The notes under the pieces were generated by a model. The model was not told the origin of the DNA, made no database searches, and worked only from the letters and a program-made list of their open reading frames with translations. A DNA stretch of 32,000 nt, from contig CP126532.1 in the NCBI GenBank assembly GCA_030167145.1, positions 1,260,001 through 1,292,000 on the forward strand, given 5' to 3'. This DNA is from Ktedonobacterales bacterium. GTDB lineage: Bacteria; Chloroflexota; Ktedonobacteria; Ktedonobacterales; JADMIN01. Position numbers and translations under genes: made by a program. Below, piece by piece: positions 7,899-15,870 of this stretch. The number at the start of each line of letters is the position of its first letter. Positions within the stretch are counted from its first letter, which is position 1.

Positions 7899-9002
7899 AT
7901 GGCAGCTCAACAAACTCCAGGATCCTCTGCCTCCGCACCAGCGCCCACGATGGCGCGGCTCTCGCGACTGGCGTGGGTCCGAGGGGCGCGTGTGCTTACC
8001 CAGGGCGGCGGCGCAACGTTCGCGGTGGTGGCGCTTGTGCTGGCGCTGCTGCCAACGCTCTTCGATGGATTCTTTGGATTCAGCGCGGGATTCCAACTGC
8101 ATCGCATCACGTTGATCGGTATCTTCGTGATCGCTGCCTTCGCGCAGAACATCCTGACCGGCTACGCAGCGCAGGCTTCGCTGGGCAATGCGGCGTTTTT
8201 CGGCGTCGGTGGCTATATGCTGGCGTGGCTCACCAATGACCTCGGCAAGCCGTATTGGGCGGGGATTCTGGTCGCGGTGGGGGTCGCGGCGGTGGTGGGG
8301 ATTCTGGTCGGAGGTCCGGCGCTGCGAATCTCTGGGGCGTATCTGGCCATCGCGACACTGGGCTTGGTCTTCGTGACGGTTTCGCTGCTGGATCTGTGGG
8401 ATACGACCGCCGGACGGCAGAACTACGACCTTTCGAACCTGCCTGCGTTGCTGACTGACGACCACACGCTCTACTACACGATTCTGGTTATCACAGTCGT
8501 GCTGCTCTGGCTCGGACGTAACCTCTTGCGTTCGCGGGTGGGGCGCGCGTGGATCGCCATCCGCGACAGCGAAGCGGCAGCGGAGGCGGTGGGCGTGAAT
8601 CTGGCGCGCTTTAAGTTGCTGGCGTTCGTGGTGAGCGCGATGCTAACGGGGCTGGCGGGCGCGCTCTACGCGACGTGGGCCACGACGGCCAGCTCTTCTA
8701 TGGCGAGCGCCGACCAGACCATCGCGTTTCTGACGATGATTATTGTTGGCGGGCTAGGGTCTATCACCGGCTCGATTCTCGGCGCGATCTTCGTGGGCTT
8801 TCTGCCGCTGCTGCTCGGCCAGTTACCCAGCCCCCTCACCATCGGTTCGGCGCAGATCCAGGTCTCGACGCTGACGACCGGCATCTACGGTATGTTGCTA
8901 CTGCTGGCGCTGGTGTTCTTTCCTAGTGGCCTGAGCAGCCTGGGCGGGCGTGGGCGGGCACTGTGGACGCGGCTGCGTTCCCGCGCGGGAGGCCAACCAT
9001 GA
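7899..9002 (+). CDS. Branched-chain-amino-acid-type ABC transporter permease (LivM-type)
   Basis: GYAAQASLGNAAFFGVGGY, ISGAYLAIATLG and RVGRAWIAIRDSEAAAEAVGVN are typical LivM signatures. The ATG at 7899 is preferred. The stop overlaps the next start (ATGA at 8999-9002). Confidence 0.85.
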   Translation: MAAQQTPGSSASAPAPTMARLSRLAWVRGARVLTQGGGATFAVVALVLALLPTLFDGFFGFSAGFQLHRITLIGIFVIAAFAQNILTGYAAQASLGNAAFFGVGGYMLAWLTNDLGKPYWAGILVAVGVAAVVGILVGGPALRISGAYLAIATLGLVFVTVSLLDLWDTTAGRQNYDLSNLPALLTDDHTLYYTILVITVVLLWLGRNLLRSRVGRAWIAIRDSEAAAEAVGVNLARFKLLAFVVSAMLTGLAGALYATWATTASSSMASADQTIAFLTMIIVGGLGSITGSILGAIFVGFLPLLLGQLPSPLTIGSAQIQVSTLTTGIYGMLLLLALVFFPSGLSSLGGRGRALWTRLRSRAGGQP

Positions 9003-9838
9003 CGGCAGCGACGCCCATGTCATTGCTGGAGATTCGCGGGCTGACGGTGCGCTTCGGCGGCCTGGTGGCGATCAATGATCTGGACCTGACGATCCGAATG
9101 GGGCAGATCTTCGCGCTGGTTGGCCCGAATGGGGCGGGCAAGACGACGGTGCTTAACTGTGTAAGCGGGTTTGTGCGGCCAGAGCACGGCACGATTCGCC
9201 TGGCGGGGACTGACCTGCTGCCGCTGGGGCGAGATATGCGGGCGCGGCTGGGCATTGGGCGCACGTTTCAGAATGTGCAGCTTTTCTCTTCGATGAGTGT
9301 GCTCGATAATCTGGTGACGGCGCAGCACTCGCGCCTGCGCGCGGGTATGCTGAGCGGAATGCTGCCCTTTGGACGTGGTCCGGCTGAGGATGCGCGGGCG
9401 CGCGAGCGGGCGCGTGAGATGCTGGCGCTGCTGGACCTCGAAGCCTACGCGGATGTGATTGCCGGAACGCTGCCGCTGGGCGCGCGGAAGCTGGTGGGCG
9501 TAGCGCGGGCGCTAGTCTTGAAACCGCGCCTGGTGCTGCTGGACGAGCCGGCGGCGGGTGTGCCGCACGCGGAGGTGACGGCGCTGGCGGAAAAGCTGCG
9601 TTCCTGGCGCGACACACTGGGCGCTACGCTGCTGTTGATTGAGCATAACATGGCGCTGGTGCAGGCGGTGGCCGATAGCGTCTGCGCGCTGAATTACGGC
9701 AGCAAGCTGGCCGAGGGCAACCCACGTGAGGTGCTCTCGCATCCAAGCGTGCTGGAGGCATATCTGGGCCGCGAAGCTGGGAGCGAGGCAGGTAGCGAAA
9801 CGGGGAGTGAAGTGGAGAGCCGCGATGCTGAAGGTTGA
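8999..9838 (+). CDS. ABC transporter ATP-binding protein (LivG-type)
   Basis: Walker A GPNGAGKTT, signature-like LPLGARKLVGVARAL, Walker B LVLLDEPAAG, and the H-loop in LLIEHNM. It has a low-complexity C-terminal tail, GREAGSEAGSETGSEVES. Confidence 0.9.
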   Translation: MTAATPMSLLEIRGLTVRFGGLVAINDLDLTIRMGQIFALVGPNGAGKTTVLNCVSGFVRPEHGTIRLAGTDLLPLGRDMRARLGIGRTFQNVQLFSSMSVLDNLVTAQHSRLRAGMLSGMLPFGRGPAEDARARERAREMLALLDLEAYADVIAGTLPLGARKLVGVARALVLKPRLVLLDEPAAGVPHAEVTALAEKLRSWRDTLGATLLLIEHNMALVQAVADSVCALNYGSKLAEGNPREVLSHPSVLEAYLGREAGSEAGSETGSEVESRDAEG

Positions 9839-10532
9839 GCGGGTGAGCACAGGCTACGGGCCGCTTGAAGTGCTGCGCGAGGTCTCGCTAGAGGCGCGGG
9901 CAGGCGAAATCGTGGCCGTGCTGGGCGCGAATGGCGCGGGCAAGACAACGTTGATGCGTGCGCTCACCGGGCTACTGGCGACGCGCGCCGGGGCAATTTG
10001 GCTGGATGGCCAGCATGTGGAGCGCTTGGCGCCGGAGCGGCGTGTGCGCCTGGGGCTGGCGCTGGTGCCGGAAGGGCGTGATCTCTTCGGCTCGCTCACG
10101 GTGCGCGAGAATCTGGTGATGGGCGCATTCACGCGGCGGGCGAGCGCGGAGATCGAAGCGGCGATGGCGCGCGTGCTGGCCTATTTCCCTCGGCTCAAGG
10201 ATCGGCTGCATGCGCAGGCGGCGAGCCTGAGCGGCGGCGAAGGGCAGATGCTGGCGATTGGGCGCGCGCTCATGTCGCAGCCACGGGCGCTGCTACTGGA
10301 CGAACCGTCGCAGGGACTTGCGCCGATTGTGGTGGAGGCGGTCTTCGATGTGCTGGCACGGCTGAACCGCGACGAAGGGCTAACGATTCTGCTGGTGGAG
10401 CAGAACGCGCGCAAGGCGCTGGGCATCGCGGGGCGAGCATACGTCTTGCAGTCGGGCACGGTGGCGCTCCACGGGACGCCGCGCGAACTGGCCGATACGG
10501 CGACGCTGCGCGAACTCTATCTGGGCGGCTAG
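9825..10532 (+). CDS. ABC transporter ATP-binding protein (LivF-type)
   Basis: Walker A GANGAGKTT, signature LSGGEGQMLAIGRAL, Walker B LLLDEPSQGL, and LLVEQN. The ATG at 9825 (MLKVERVSTGYG) overlaps the LivG-type gene by 14 nt. Confidence 0.9.
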   Translation: MLKVERVSTGYGPLEVLREVSLEARAGEIVAVLGANGAGKTTLMRALTGLLATRAGAIWLDGQHVERLAPERRVRLGLALVPEGRDLFGSLTVRENLVMGAFTRRASAEIEAAMARVLAYFPRLKDRLHAQAASLSGGEGQMLAIGRALMSQPRALLLDEPSQGLAPIVVEAVFDVLARLNRDEGLTILLVEQNARKALGIAGRAYVLQSGTVALHGTPRELADTATLRELYLGG

Positions 10533-10948
10533 CACTTCACCGTTGCCTCGCCGCTGAGCACCGGCTCGCCGTGCTGGTTGACGCAGTCGGTGCTCAGCGT
10601 GACCAGGCGCTTTTCTGCACGGATGGCGGTGACTTCGACCGACGCGGTGATGGTGTCGCCGATGTAGACTGGCCGGAGAAAGCGGAATGATTGCGCCAGA
10701 TAGATCGCGCCGGGGCCGGGGAGATCGTTGCCGAGCACAGCGGAGACCAACGCGCCAGTGAGCATGCCGTGCGCGATCCGTCTGCCGAATGGCGAGCAAG
10801 CTGCGTAGGCGTCGTCCAGGTGGATCGGGTTGTGGTCGTCGCTCAGTTCGGCGAAGCGCGCGATGTCGTTGGCAGTGATAGTGCGTGTGCGCGCCGCGCG
10901 AGCGCCCACCACAGGCAGAGGTCTGGCGGTGTCTTCGTTGGGCGTCAT
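10529..10948 (-). CDS. MaoC-like (R)-specific enoyl-CoA hydratase / hot-dog dehydratase
   Basis: The hydratase 2 motif FAELSDDHNPIHLDDAYAA is followed by FGRRIAHGML. The start overlaps the upstream ligase stop (ATGA). Its stop shares CTAG (10529-10532) with the convergent ATPase gene. Confidence 0.85.
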   Translation of the reverse strand: MTPNEDTARPLPVVGARAARTRTITANDIARFAELSDDHNPIHLDDAYAACSPFGRRIAHGMLTGALVSAVLGNDLPGPGAIYLAQSFRFLRPVYIGDTITASVEVTAIRAEKRLVTLSTDCVNQHGEPVLSGEATVKC

Positions 10949-12522
10949 GATTGTCTCCCTTCGGGCTGGCTACTCTGGCTCGGCGTGGGAGGCGGCGTGA
11001 CGCCTGCGATGTAGCGAGCACGCAGGTCTGCTTTGATGACTTTGCCCATCGCGTTGCGCGGCAGAGCGTCGCTGAAGACGACCCGGCGCGGCAACTTGTA
11101 GCGCGCAAGCTTGCCGTCGCAGAACGCGAGCACATCTTCCGCCCCGAGGCTGCCCGGCACGCGCGGCACGACCACCGCCACGCCGACCTCGCCCCATTTG
11201 GCGTCTGGCTGCGCGATGATCGCGGCTTCAGCGATGCCGGGGTGCGTGGCCAGCAGGCCTTCGACTTCAGCGGGATAGACATTTTCGCCGCCGGAGATGT
11301 ACATGTCCTTCTTGCGTCCGACAATGGCGTAATAGCCCTCGTCATCGCGGGTCACGAGGTCGCCGGTGTGCCACCAGCCGTCGCGGAATACCTCCGCCGT
11401 GGCCTCAGGCCGCCGCCAGTAGCCAGAGCAGACATGCGGACCAGCCAGCGCCAGCTCGCCAACCGCGCCGGGGGCCACGTCGCGGCCCGCGTCATCTACG
11501 ATGCGCGCCCAGGAGTGGAAGACGGGCCGGCCAACTGAGCCAGCTTTGCGAACGGCGTCTTCGGGGGCGAGACTGAAGCAGTTGACGCCTACCTCCGTCA
11601 GCCCGTAGCCCTGGCGAAAGACGAGACCGCGCGCGGCGTAGCGTTCGATGAGTGGCAATGGGCACGACGAGCCGCCTGTCACACAGAAGCGCACCGAGGA
11701 GAAATCGGTGGTGGCGAAGGTGGGATGCTCCATGAGCGACTGGAAGACGGTGGGCACGGCGAAGACGATGGTGCAGTGCTCAACGGCGATGGCGCGCAAC
11801 ACCACATCTGGCACAGCCGAGGGCAGCAGGACCACCGTGCCACCGCAGTGGTAGAGCGGGGTGGTCAGCACGTTGAGGCCGCCCGCGTGAAAGAATGGCG
11901 CGAAGGTCGGCGTGATATCGGTTTCCGCCAGCCCCCAACTGACCTGCGTGTTGATTGCGTTCCAGGTGAGCATGCGGTGCGAGAGCATCGCGCCTTTGGG
12001 GATGCCAGTGGTGCCGGAGGTGTACAGGATCAGCGCGATTTCTTCGCCATCGGCGCAGGCAAAGGGACGTGCTCGCGCGGCCAGTTCCGCATGCGCGCCG
12101 GGAAAAGCGCCAGCCGCGTAGAGCAGCGGCGGCTGAGCGGAGACCGGCAATGCGCCACGTGCCGCTTCGGCAAGCTGATGATAGGCGGCGTCGTGCAGCA
12201 GCAGGCGCGGCTCGCAATCGGTGAGAATCGTGGCTAGTTCCGGGGGTGTCAGCCGCCAGTTGAGCGGCACGAAGATCGCGCCGAGCAGCGCGCAGGCGAA
12301 GAAGGCGTCCAGATATTCCGGCGAGTTCGCGGCGAGCATCGCTACACGGTCGCCCTGGCGTATGCCATAGCGTTCGGCGAGCAGCGCGGCCAGCGCCCGC
12401 GCACGCAGATTCAGCGTGCGATAGGTCAGTCGCGCGCCGGTCGCCACATCCACTATGCCGATTTTGTCAGGCGTTAGTTGCTCGCGGCGGACGAGCCATT
12501 CGCCGACTCCGAGGAAAGACAT
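10945..12522 (-). CDS. AMP-dependent acyl-CoA synthetase/ligase (ANL superfamily)
   Basis: ANL core motifs: LYTSGTTGIPKGAML, GYGLTE, WWHTGDLV, GRKKDMYISGGENVYPAEVE, and the C-terminal PRNAMGKVIK. The N-terminus MSFLGVGEWLVRR is typical. The start overlaps the upstream gene by 49 nt. Confidence 0.9.
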   Translation of the reverse strand: MSFLGVGEWLVRREQLTPDKIGIVDVATGARLTYRTLNLRARALAALLAERYGIRQGDRVAMLAANSPEYLDAFFACALLGAIFVPLNWRLTPPELATILTDCEPRLLLHDAAYHQLAEAARGALPVSAQPPLLYAAGAFPGAHAELAARARPFACADGEEIALILYTSGTTGIPKGAMLSHRMLTWNAINTQVSWGLAETDITPTFAPFFHAGGLNVLTTPLYHCGGTVVLLPSAVPDVVLRAIAVEHCTIVFAVPTVFQSLMEHPTFATTDFSSVRFCVTGGSSCPLPLIERYAARGLVFRQGYGLTEVGVNCFSLAPEDAVRKAGSVGRPVFHSWARIVDDAGRDVAPGAVGELALAGPHVCSGYWRRPEATAEVFRDGWWHTGDLVTRDDEGYYAIVGRKKDMYISGGENVYPAEVEGLLATHPGIAEAAIIAQPDAKWGEVGVAVVVPRVPGSLGAEDVLAFCDGKLARYKLPRRVVFSDALPRNAMGKVIKADLRARYIAGVTPPPTPSQSSQPEGRQS

Positions 12523-13586
12523 GCCGCACCCTCCCCCCAGCGGAGCGCCGTCGCTCCCCAGGTGAAACCCAATCCGGCGCTGGCCAGCACGACCAGATCG
12601 CCGTCGCGCAAGCGCCCCGCAGCGGTGGCTAGCTCTAGCGCCAGCACCTGATCAGGCGCGCCGATATGCCCATAGTCGGAGAGATAGAGCGATTGATCGT
12701 CACGCAGTTCCAGCATGGATAGGATACGCCTGTGCATTGACGGTTTCATATGGTTGATGGCGAGAAATGCGATGTCGGCAAGTGAGCAGCCGCTAGCCGT
12801 GACCGCTTCGCGCACGACATGCACGAAGCGCTGCTCCGAGATGCCATCCAACCCCGCTTTGAGCGCCTGTACATCGGAGACGTGGAAGGAATGCTGGCCC
12901 GCGTTCAGCGTCTGATGCGAGGTTGGCAGCCGGACGCCGCCCGCTGGAATCATGACTAACTCCGACAGTGAACCATCGGTGATGAACGCCGACTCCAGCA
13001 GCACATTGGCGGGATGGTCACGCCGCAGCACCATCGCACTGCCGCCATCGGAGAGATTGTAGAGGAAGCGCGCCGAGGGGTCACGCAAGTTGATCAGATC
13101 GGCGGTGCGGTGGCCGCCGCAGATCAGCACGGTGCGCAGCCGTGGGTCAGCGGTCATCAGGTCGCGAGCAACCTTGAGCGCGAGCACGTTGGTGGTGCAG
13201 AGAGCGACCAGTTCGAAGGCGTAGGCGTTCTTCGCGCCGAGCAGGTGCTGAATGCGGTTGGCGGCAGACCAGACGTAGAAATCTTTATGCATGCTGCCGG
13301 AATAGAGGATCAGGTCAAGCTCCAGCGGACCAACACCGGCCCGCGCCAGCGCACGCTCAGCGGCCCACACGGCCATCGCCGAGGTTTGGTCGGCTGGCCC
13401 AGCGCGGTGTTTGGCGTGGATGCCTAGCTTCTCGCGGACGACCTCCAGTGGCAGGCCGCTCTCCCCCGCCAGATAGGCCGCGTCCTGCACGTGCTCAGGC
13501 AGATAGGTCGCCAGGGCCATCAAACCAATGCGCGGACGGCTTGAAGCCACTGCGGCGCTCGCCTGTGGCACGTGACCTGAATCCAT
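12474..13586 (-). CDS. KAS III (FabH)-like thiolase-fold condensing enzyme / acyltransferase
   Basis: FabH-like layout: candidate nucleophile Cys in FELVALCTTNV, His in FLAINHMKPS, and C-terminal GLGFTWGATALRW. The third triad position appears to be His (DYGHIGAPD) rather than Asn (by-eye alignment). Confidence 0.75.
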   Translation of the reverse strand: MDSGHVPQASAAVASSRPRIGLMALATYLPEHVQDAAYLAGESGLPLEVVREKLGIHAKHRAGPADQTSAMAVWAAERALARAGVGPLELDLILYSGSMHKDFYVWSAANRIQHLLGAKNAYAFELVALCTTNVLALKVARDLMTADPRLRTVLICGGHRTADLINLRDPSARFLYNLSDGGSAMVLRRDHPANVLLESAFITDGSLSELVMIPAGGVRLPTSHQTLNAGQHSFHVSDVQALKAGLDGISEQRFVHVVREAVTASGCSLADIAFLAINHMKPSMHRRILSMLELRDDQSLYLSDYGHIGAPDQVLALELATAAGRLRDGDLVVLASAGLGFTWGATALRWGEGAACLSSESANGSSAASN

Positions 13587-13603
13587 ACGACACCCCTCTC
13601 ATG

Positions 13604-13625
13604 AACATGACAAGTGAGTCATGTT
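13604..13625. promoter_or_regulatory. Operator site 3: AACATGAC-AAGTGA-GTCATGTT (putative TetR box)
   Basis: This 8-6-8 inverted repeat has a central 20 nt identical to site 1. It lies 18-39 bp upstream of the KAS-III-like start (13586). Confidence 0.6.
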
Positions 13626-13630
13626 TCATA

Positions 13631-13659
13631 ATTTTAGCGGGGACAGCGCAAAAAGTCAA
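13631..13659 (-). promoter_or_regulatory. Sigma-70-like promoter TTGACT-17 nt-TAAAAT for the KAS-III-like/ligase/MaoC operon
   Basis: Read on the minus strand, the -35 is TTGACT (13654-13659), the spacer is 17 nt and the -10 is TAAAAT (13631-13636). The operator core begins 8 nt downstream. The -10 overlaps the TAA stop of the hydrolase gene. Confidence 0.5.
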
Positions 13660-14881
13660 GAAGGCCGCGCTTGCGGTGCGGCGTCTCATCGCTGGAGGGT
13701 GTGGCAACGGCGGGAGTGGATGGCTCTGCGGGCGGTTGCGTGGGCGCTGCGGTGTCCGCTGGGGCAGCGCGCAGGAACGCGGTGAGCAGCGCGCGGAACT
13801 CGTCGGGGTGTTCGATGACGGGGGAATGGCCGCAGGCAGCGATGACCTCTTCGCGGTAGAGACCGCCCTGCGCCGCGTAGCGGTCGAGCACGGCGCGCAA
13901 CTGCGCCAGCATCGGCTGCGACGGATACACCTCGTCGCCGGGCCAGCCGGGAATGACGCCGAGTTTGCCCAGGTTGCCGGGGTCGGCGAGTGAGGCGTCG
14001 CTTACCACCTGGTCGTCCGCGCCGCGAATCCACAAAATTGGCGGCTTGCGCTCCAGGTCGGCCAGCCCGCTCTGATTGAGATATTTGGGCGAGAGTGCGT
14101 TGTTCGCGCCGTAGACACCAGGACTGCGGAATGGCCAGTTTGGCGAGGGCACGCTGTCGCCGGGGTAATAGTTGTCGCCGATGGTCATCAGCAGCATCTG
14201 CTCGACCAGGATGTCTTCGCGTTCCGGCGCATACTGGAAGCCTGGCTTCACGTAGAGTGTTCGCAGCGCAGAGCGCGGAGAGAACGGCGAATCCGCCGTC
14301 GTGTCTTTGGCCTCGTAGTGGGTGCGTAGGTCGGGGCTGATGAGTCCCGCGCCACTGCCCGCAAAATCGTCGTAATTTGGCTGGCCGTCAGGCCCATGCG
14401 TACAGCCAAAACCGTAGGGCGAGCCGGGCGCTTGCAATGTGAGGGTGCGGACGCGCTCCGGGTGATCGAGCAGGTAGTGCATGGCGATGTTGCCGCCGAG
14501 CGACCACCCCAGCAGGTGAAAGCGCGCCAGTCGCAGAGCTTCGATCAACGCATGCAGATCATCGCTGAAGTCGCGCAGGCCACGGGTCGCGTCCACGGTG
14601 CGGGATTCGGTGGCGCCGTAGCCACGTAGGTCGGGTGCGACGATGTAGTACTGTGGCAGCGACGCCATCAACTCTTCATAGAAGCGTGCGGATGAGGCAT
14701 TGCCGTGGATGAGCACCAGTGGCTCCGCGTCTGGCTGGCCACTCTCGTAGATGTGCTGTGCCAGGCGCGATGTGGCGATCATCCGCGAGCGGACGCCGGG
14801 CAGCAGCGGAAAGCGCGAGCCGGGTGGCGTTGTCGTGGCGGCGGATTCCGTGGTGGGCGAAAAGCGCGTGTCATCAGCCAT
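13634..14881 (-). CDS. Alpha/beta-fold hydrolase with Pro/Ala-rich C-terminal tail
   Basis: LVLIHGNASS (oxyanion region) and the nucleophile elbow GWSLGG, with a late ACGHSPVIEHP (catalytic His region). AGGAGG lies 7 nt upstream of the ATG at 14881, so the track start at 14974 is rejected. Confidence 0.8.
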   Translation of the reverse strand: MADDTRFSPTTESAATTTPPGSRFPLLPGVRSRMIATSRLAQHIYESGQPDAEPLVLIHGNASSARFYEELMASLPQYYIVAPDLRGYGATESRTVDATRGLRDFSDDLHALIEALRLARFHLLGWSLGGNIAMHYLLDHPERVRTLTLQAPGSPYGFGCTHGPDGQPNYDDFAGSGAGLISPDLRTHYEAKDTTADSPFSPRSALRTLYVKPGFQYAPEREDILVEQMLLMTIGDNYYPGDSVPSPNWPFRSPGVYGANNALSPKYLNQSGLADLERKPPILWIRGADDQVVSDASLADPGNLGKLGVIPGWPGDEVYPSQPMLAQLRAVLDRYAAQGGLYREEVIAACGHSPVIEHPDEFRALLTAFLRAAPADTAAPTQPPAEPSTPAVATPSSDETPHRKRGLLDFLRCPR

Positions 14882-14913
14882 CGAGAGCCTCCTGTGGGAT
14901 ACTCTGCTCAGTA

Positions 14914-14933
14914 ACATGACTGGTACGTCATAT
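14914..14933. promoter_or_regulatory. Operator site 4: ACATGAC-TGGTAC-GTCATAT (putative TetR box)
   Basis: It has the same ATGAC/GTCAT arms and 6-nt spacing. It sits in the divergent region between the hydrolase start (14881) and the TetR start (15056). Confidence 0.55.
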
Positions 14934-15055
14934 TTTATGCGGTCAGTATGGCATGCCAGGGTTGGCGGGGTCAAGCCTGCGCCCAGGACTGTGGACAGCG
15001 CAACGGTGGTGTGCGAGAATTGCGGCGAAAGGCCCGCGTAACTCAGGAGATTCTC

Positions 15056-15757
15056 ATGACAGTAAAGAAATCAGCTTCTCAGACAGCGGAGCAGCCAGCA
15101 ACTGCGGAGACGCTTGCCCAGGGGCGCGACGCGCACCGTGATGAGACCGCGCCGCTCGTGCCAGTGACGGCGCGCGGCGAGGCGACGCGGCGGCGCATCC
15201 TCGACGCGGCGGAGGATGTATTTGGTGAGATGGGGTACTACGAGGCGAGTATCTCTGAGATTACGCGGCGAGCGGGCGTGGCCCAAGGCACATTTTACAT
15301 CTACTTCCATACCAAGCGCGAGATTTTCGCAGAGATGGTTGGCGATCTGGGGCATCAGTTGCGCGCGGCGACACGGGCGGCCATCACGGGCGCGCCGAAC
15401 CGGATCGAGGTCGAACGGCGCGGCTTTGCGGCGTTTTTCGCGTTCGTTGCGGCGCACCGCCAGTTGTATCGTATCGTGCAGGAATCGGAGCGCGTTGCGC
15501 CAGAGGCGGCCCAAGGATATTACGACGCGATCAGCCGGGGGTATGAGCAGGGGCTACGCGAGGCGATGGCGGCGGGCGAGATCGCGCCTGCCAATGCTGA
15601 GGCGATTGCCTACGCGCTGATGGGTATCGGTCACTTTCTGGCGCTGCGCTGGCTGGTGTGGCCGCAGGGAGCGCAGGCGGATGCGCTGCCGGACGAGGTG
15701 CTTACGTCGGCGCTGGAGTTCATCACGCGCGGGCTGGGGGGGCCAACAGGCGAGTGA
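15056..15757 (+). CDS. TetR/AcrR family transcriptional regulator
   Basis: The N-terminal HTH is RRRILDAAEDVFGEMGYYEASISEITRRAGVAQGTFYIYFHTKREIF. An AGGAG RBS lies at 15044-15048 before the ATG at 15056. Confidence 0.9.
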   Translation: MTVKKSASQTAEQPATAETLAQGRDAHRDETAPLVPVTARGEATRRRILDAAEDVFGEMGYYEASISEITRRAGVAQGTFYIYFHTKREIFAEMVGDLGHQLRAATRAAITGAPNRIEVERRGFAAFFAFVAAHRQLYRIVQESERVAPEAAQGYYDAISRGYEQGLREAMAAGEIAPANAEAIAYALMGIGHFLALRWLVWPQGAQADALPDEVLTSALEFITRGLGGPTGE

Positions 15758-15870
15758 GGGTCTAGCCCTGGCCCGTATGCCGCATCGCGGTGGGGCGCTG
15801 AGAATGGTTTTGCACTGCAATAATATGTCTGGATTGTGTCTCTGGCGCGACCTGAGGAGGGACGGGAAGG

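Noticed and set aside
10529-14881. Annotating the cluster as an OleABCD olefin/beta-lactone pathway.
   Set aside because: There is no OleD-type reductase. MaoC is not part of that pathway. The condensing enzyme seems to lack the canonical Cys-His-Asn triad, and co-regulation with an importer fits catabolism or uptake better. It is kept only as an alternative hypothesis.
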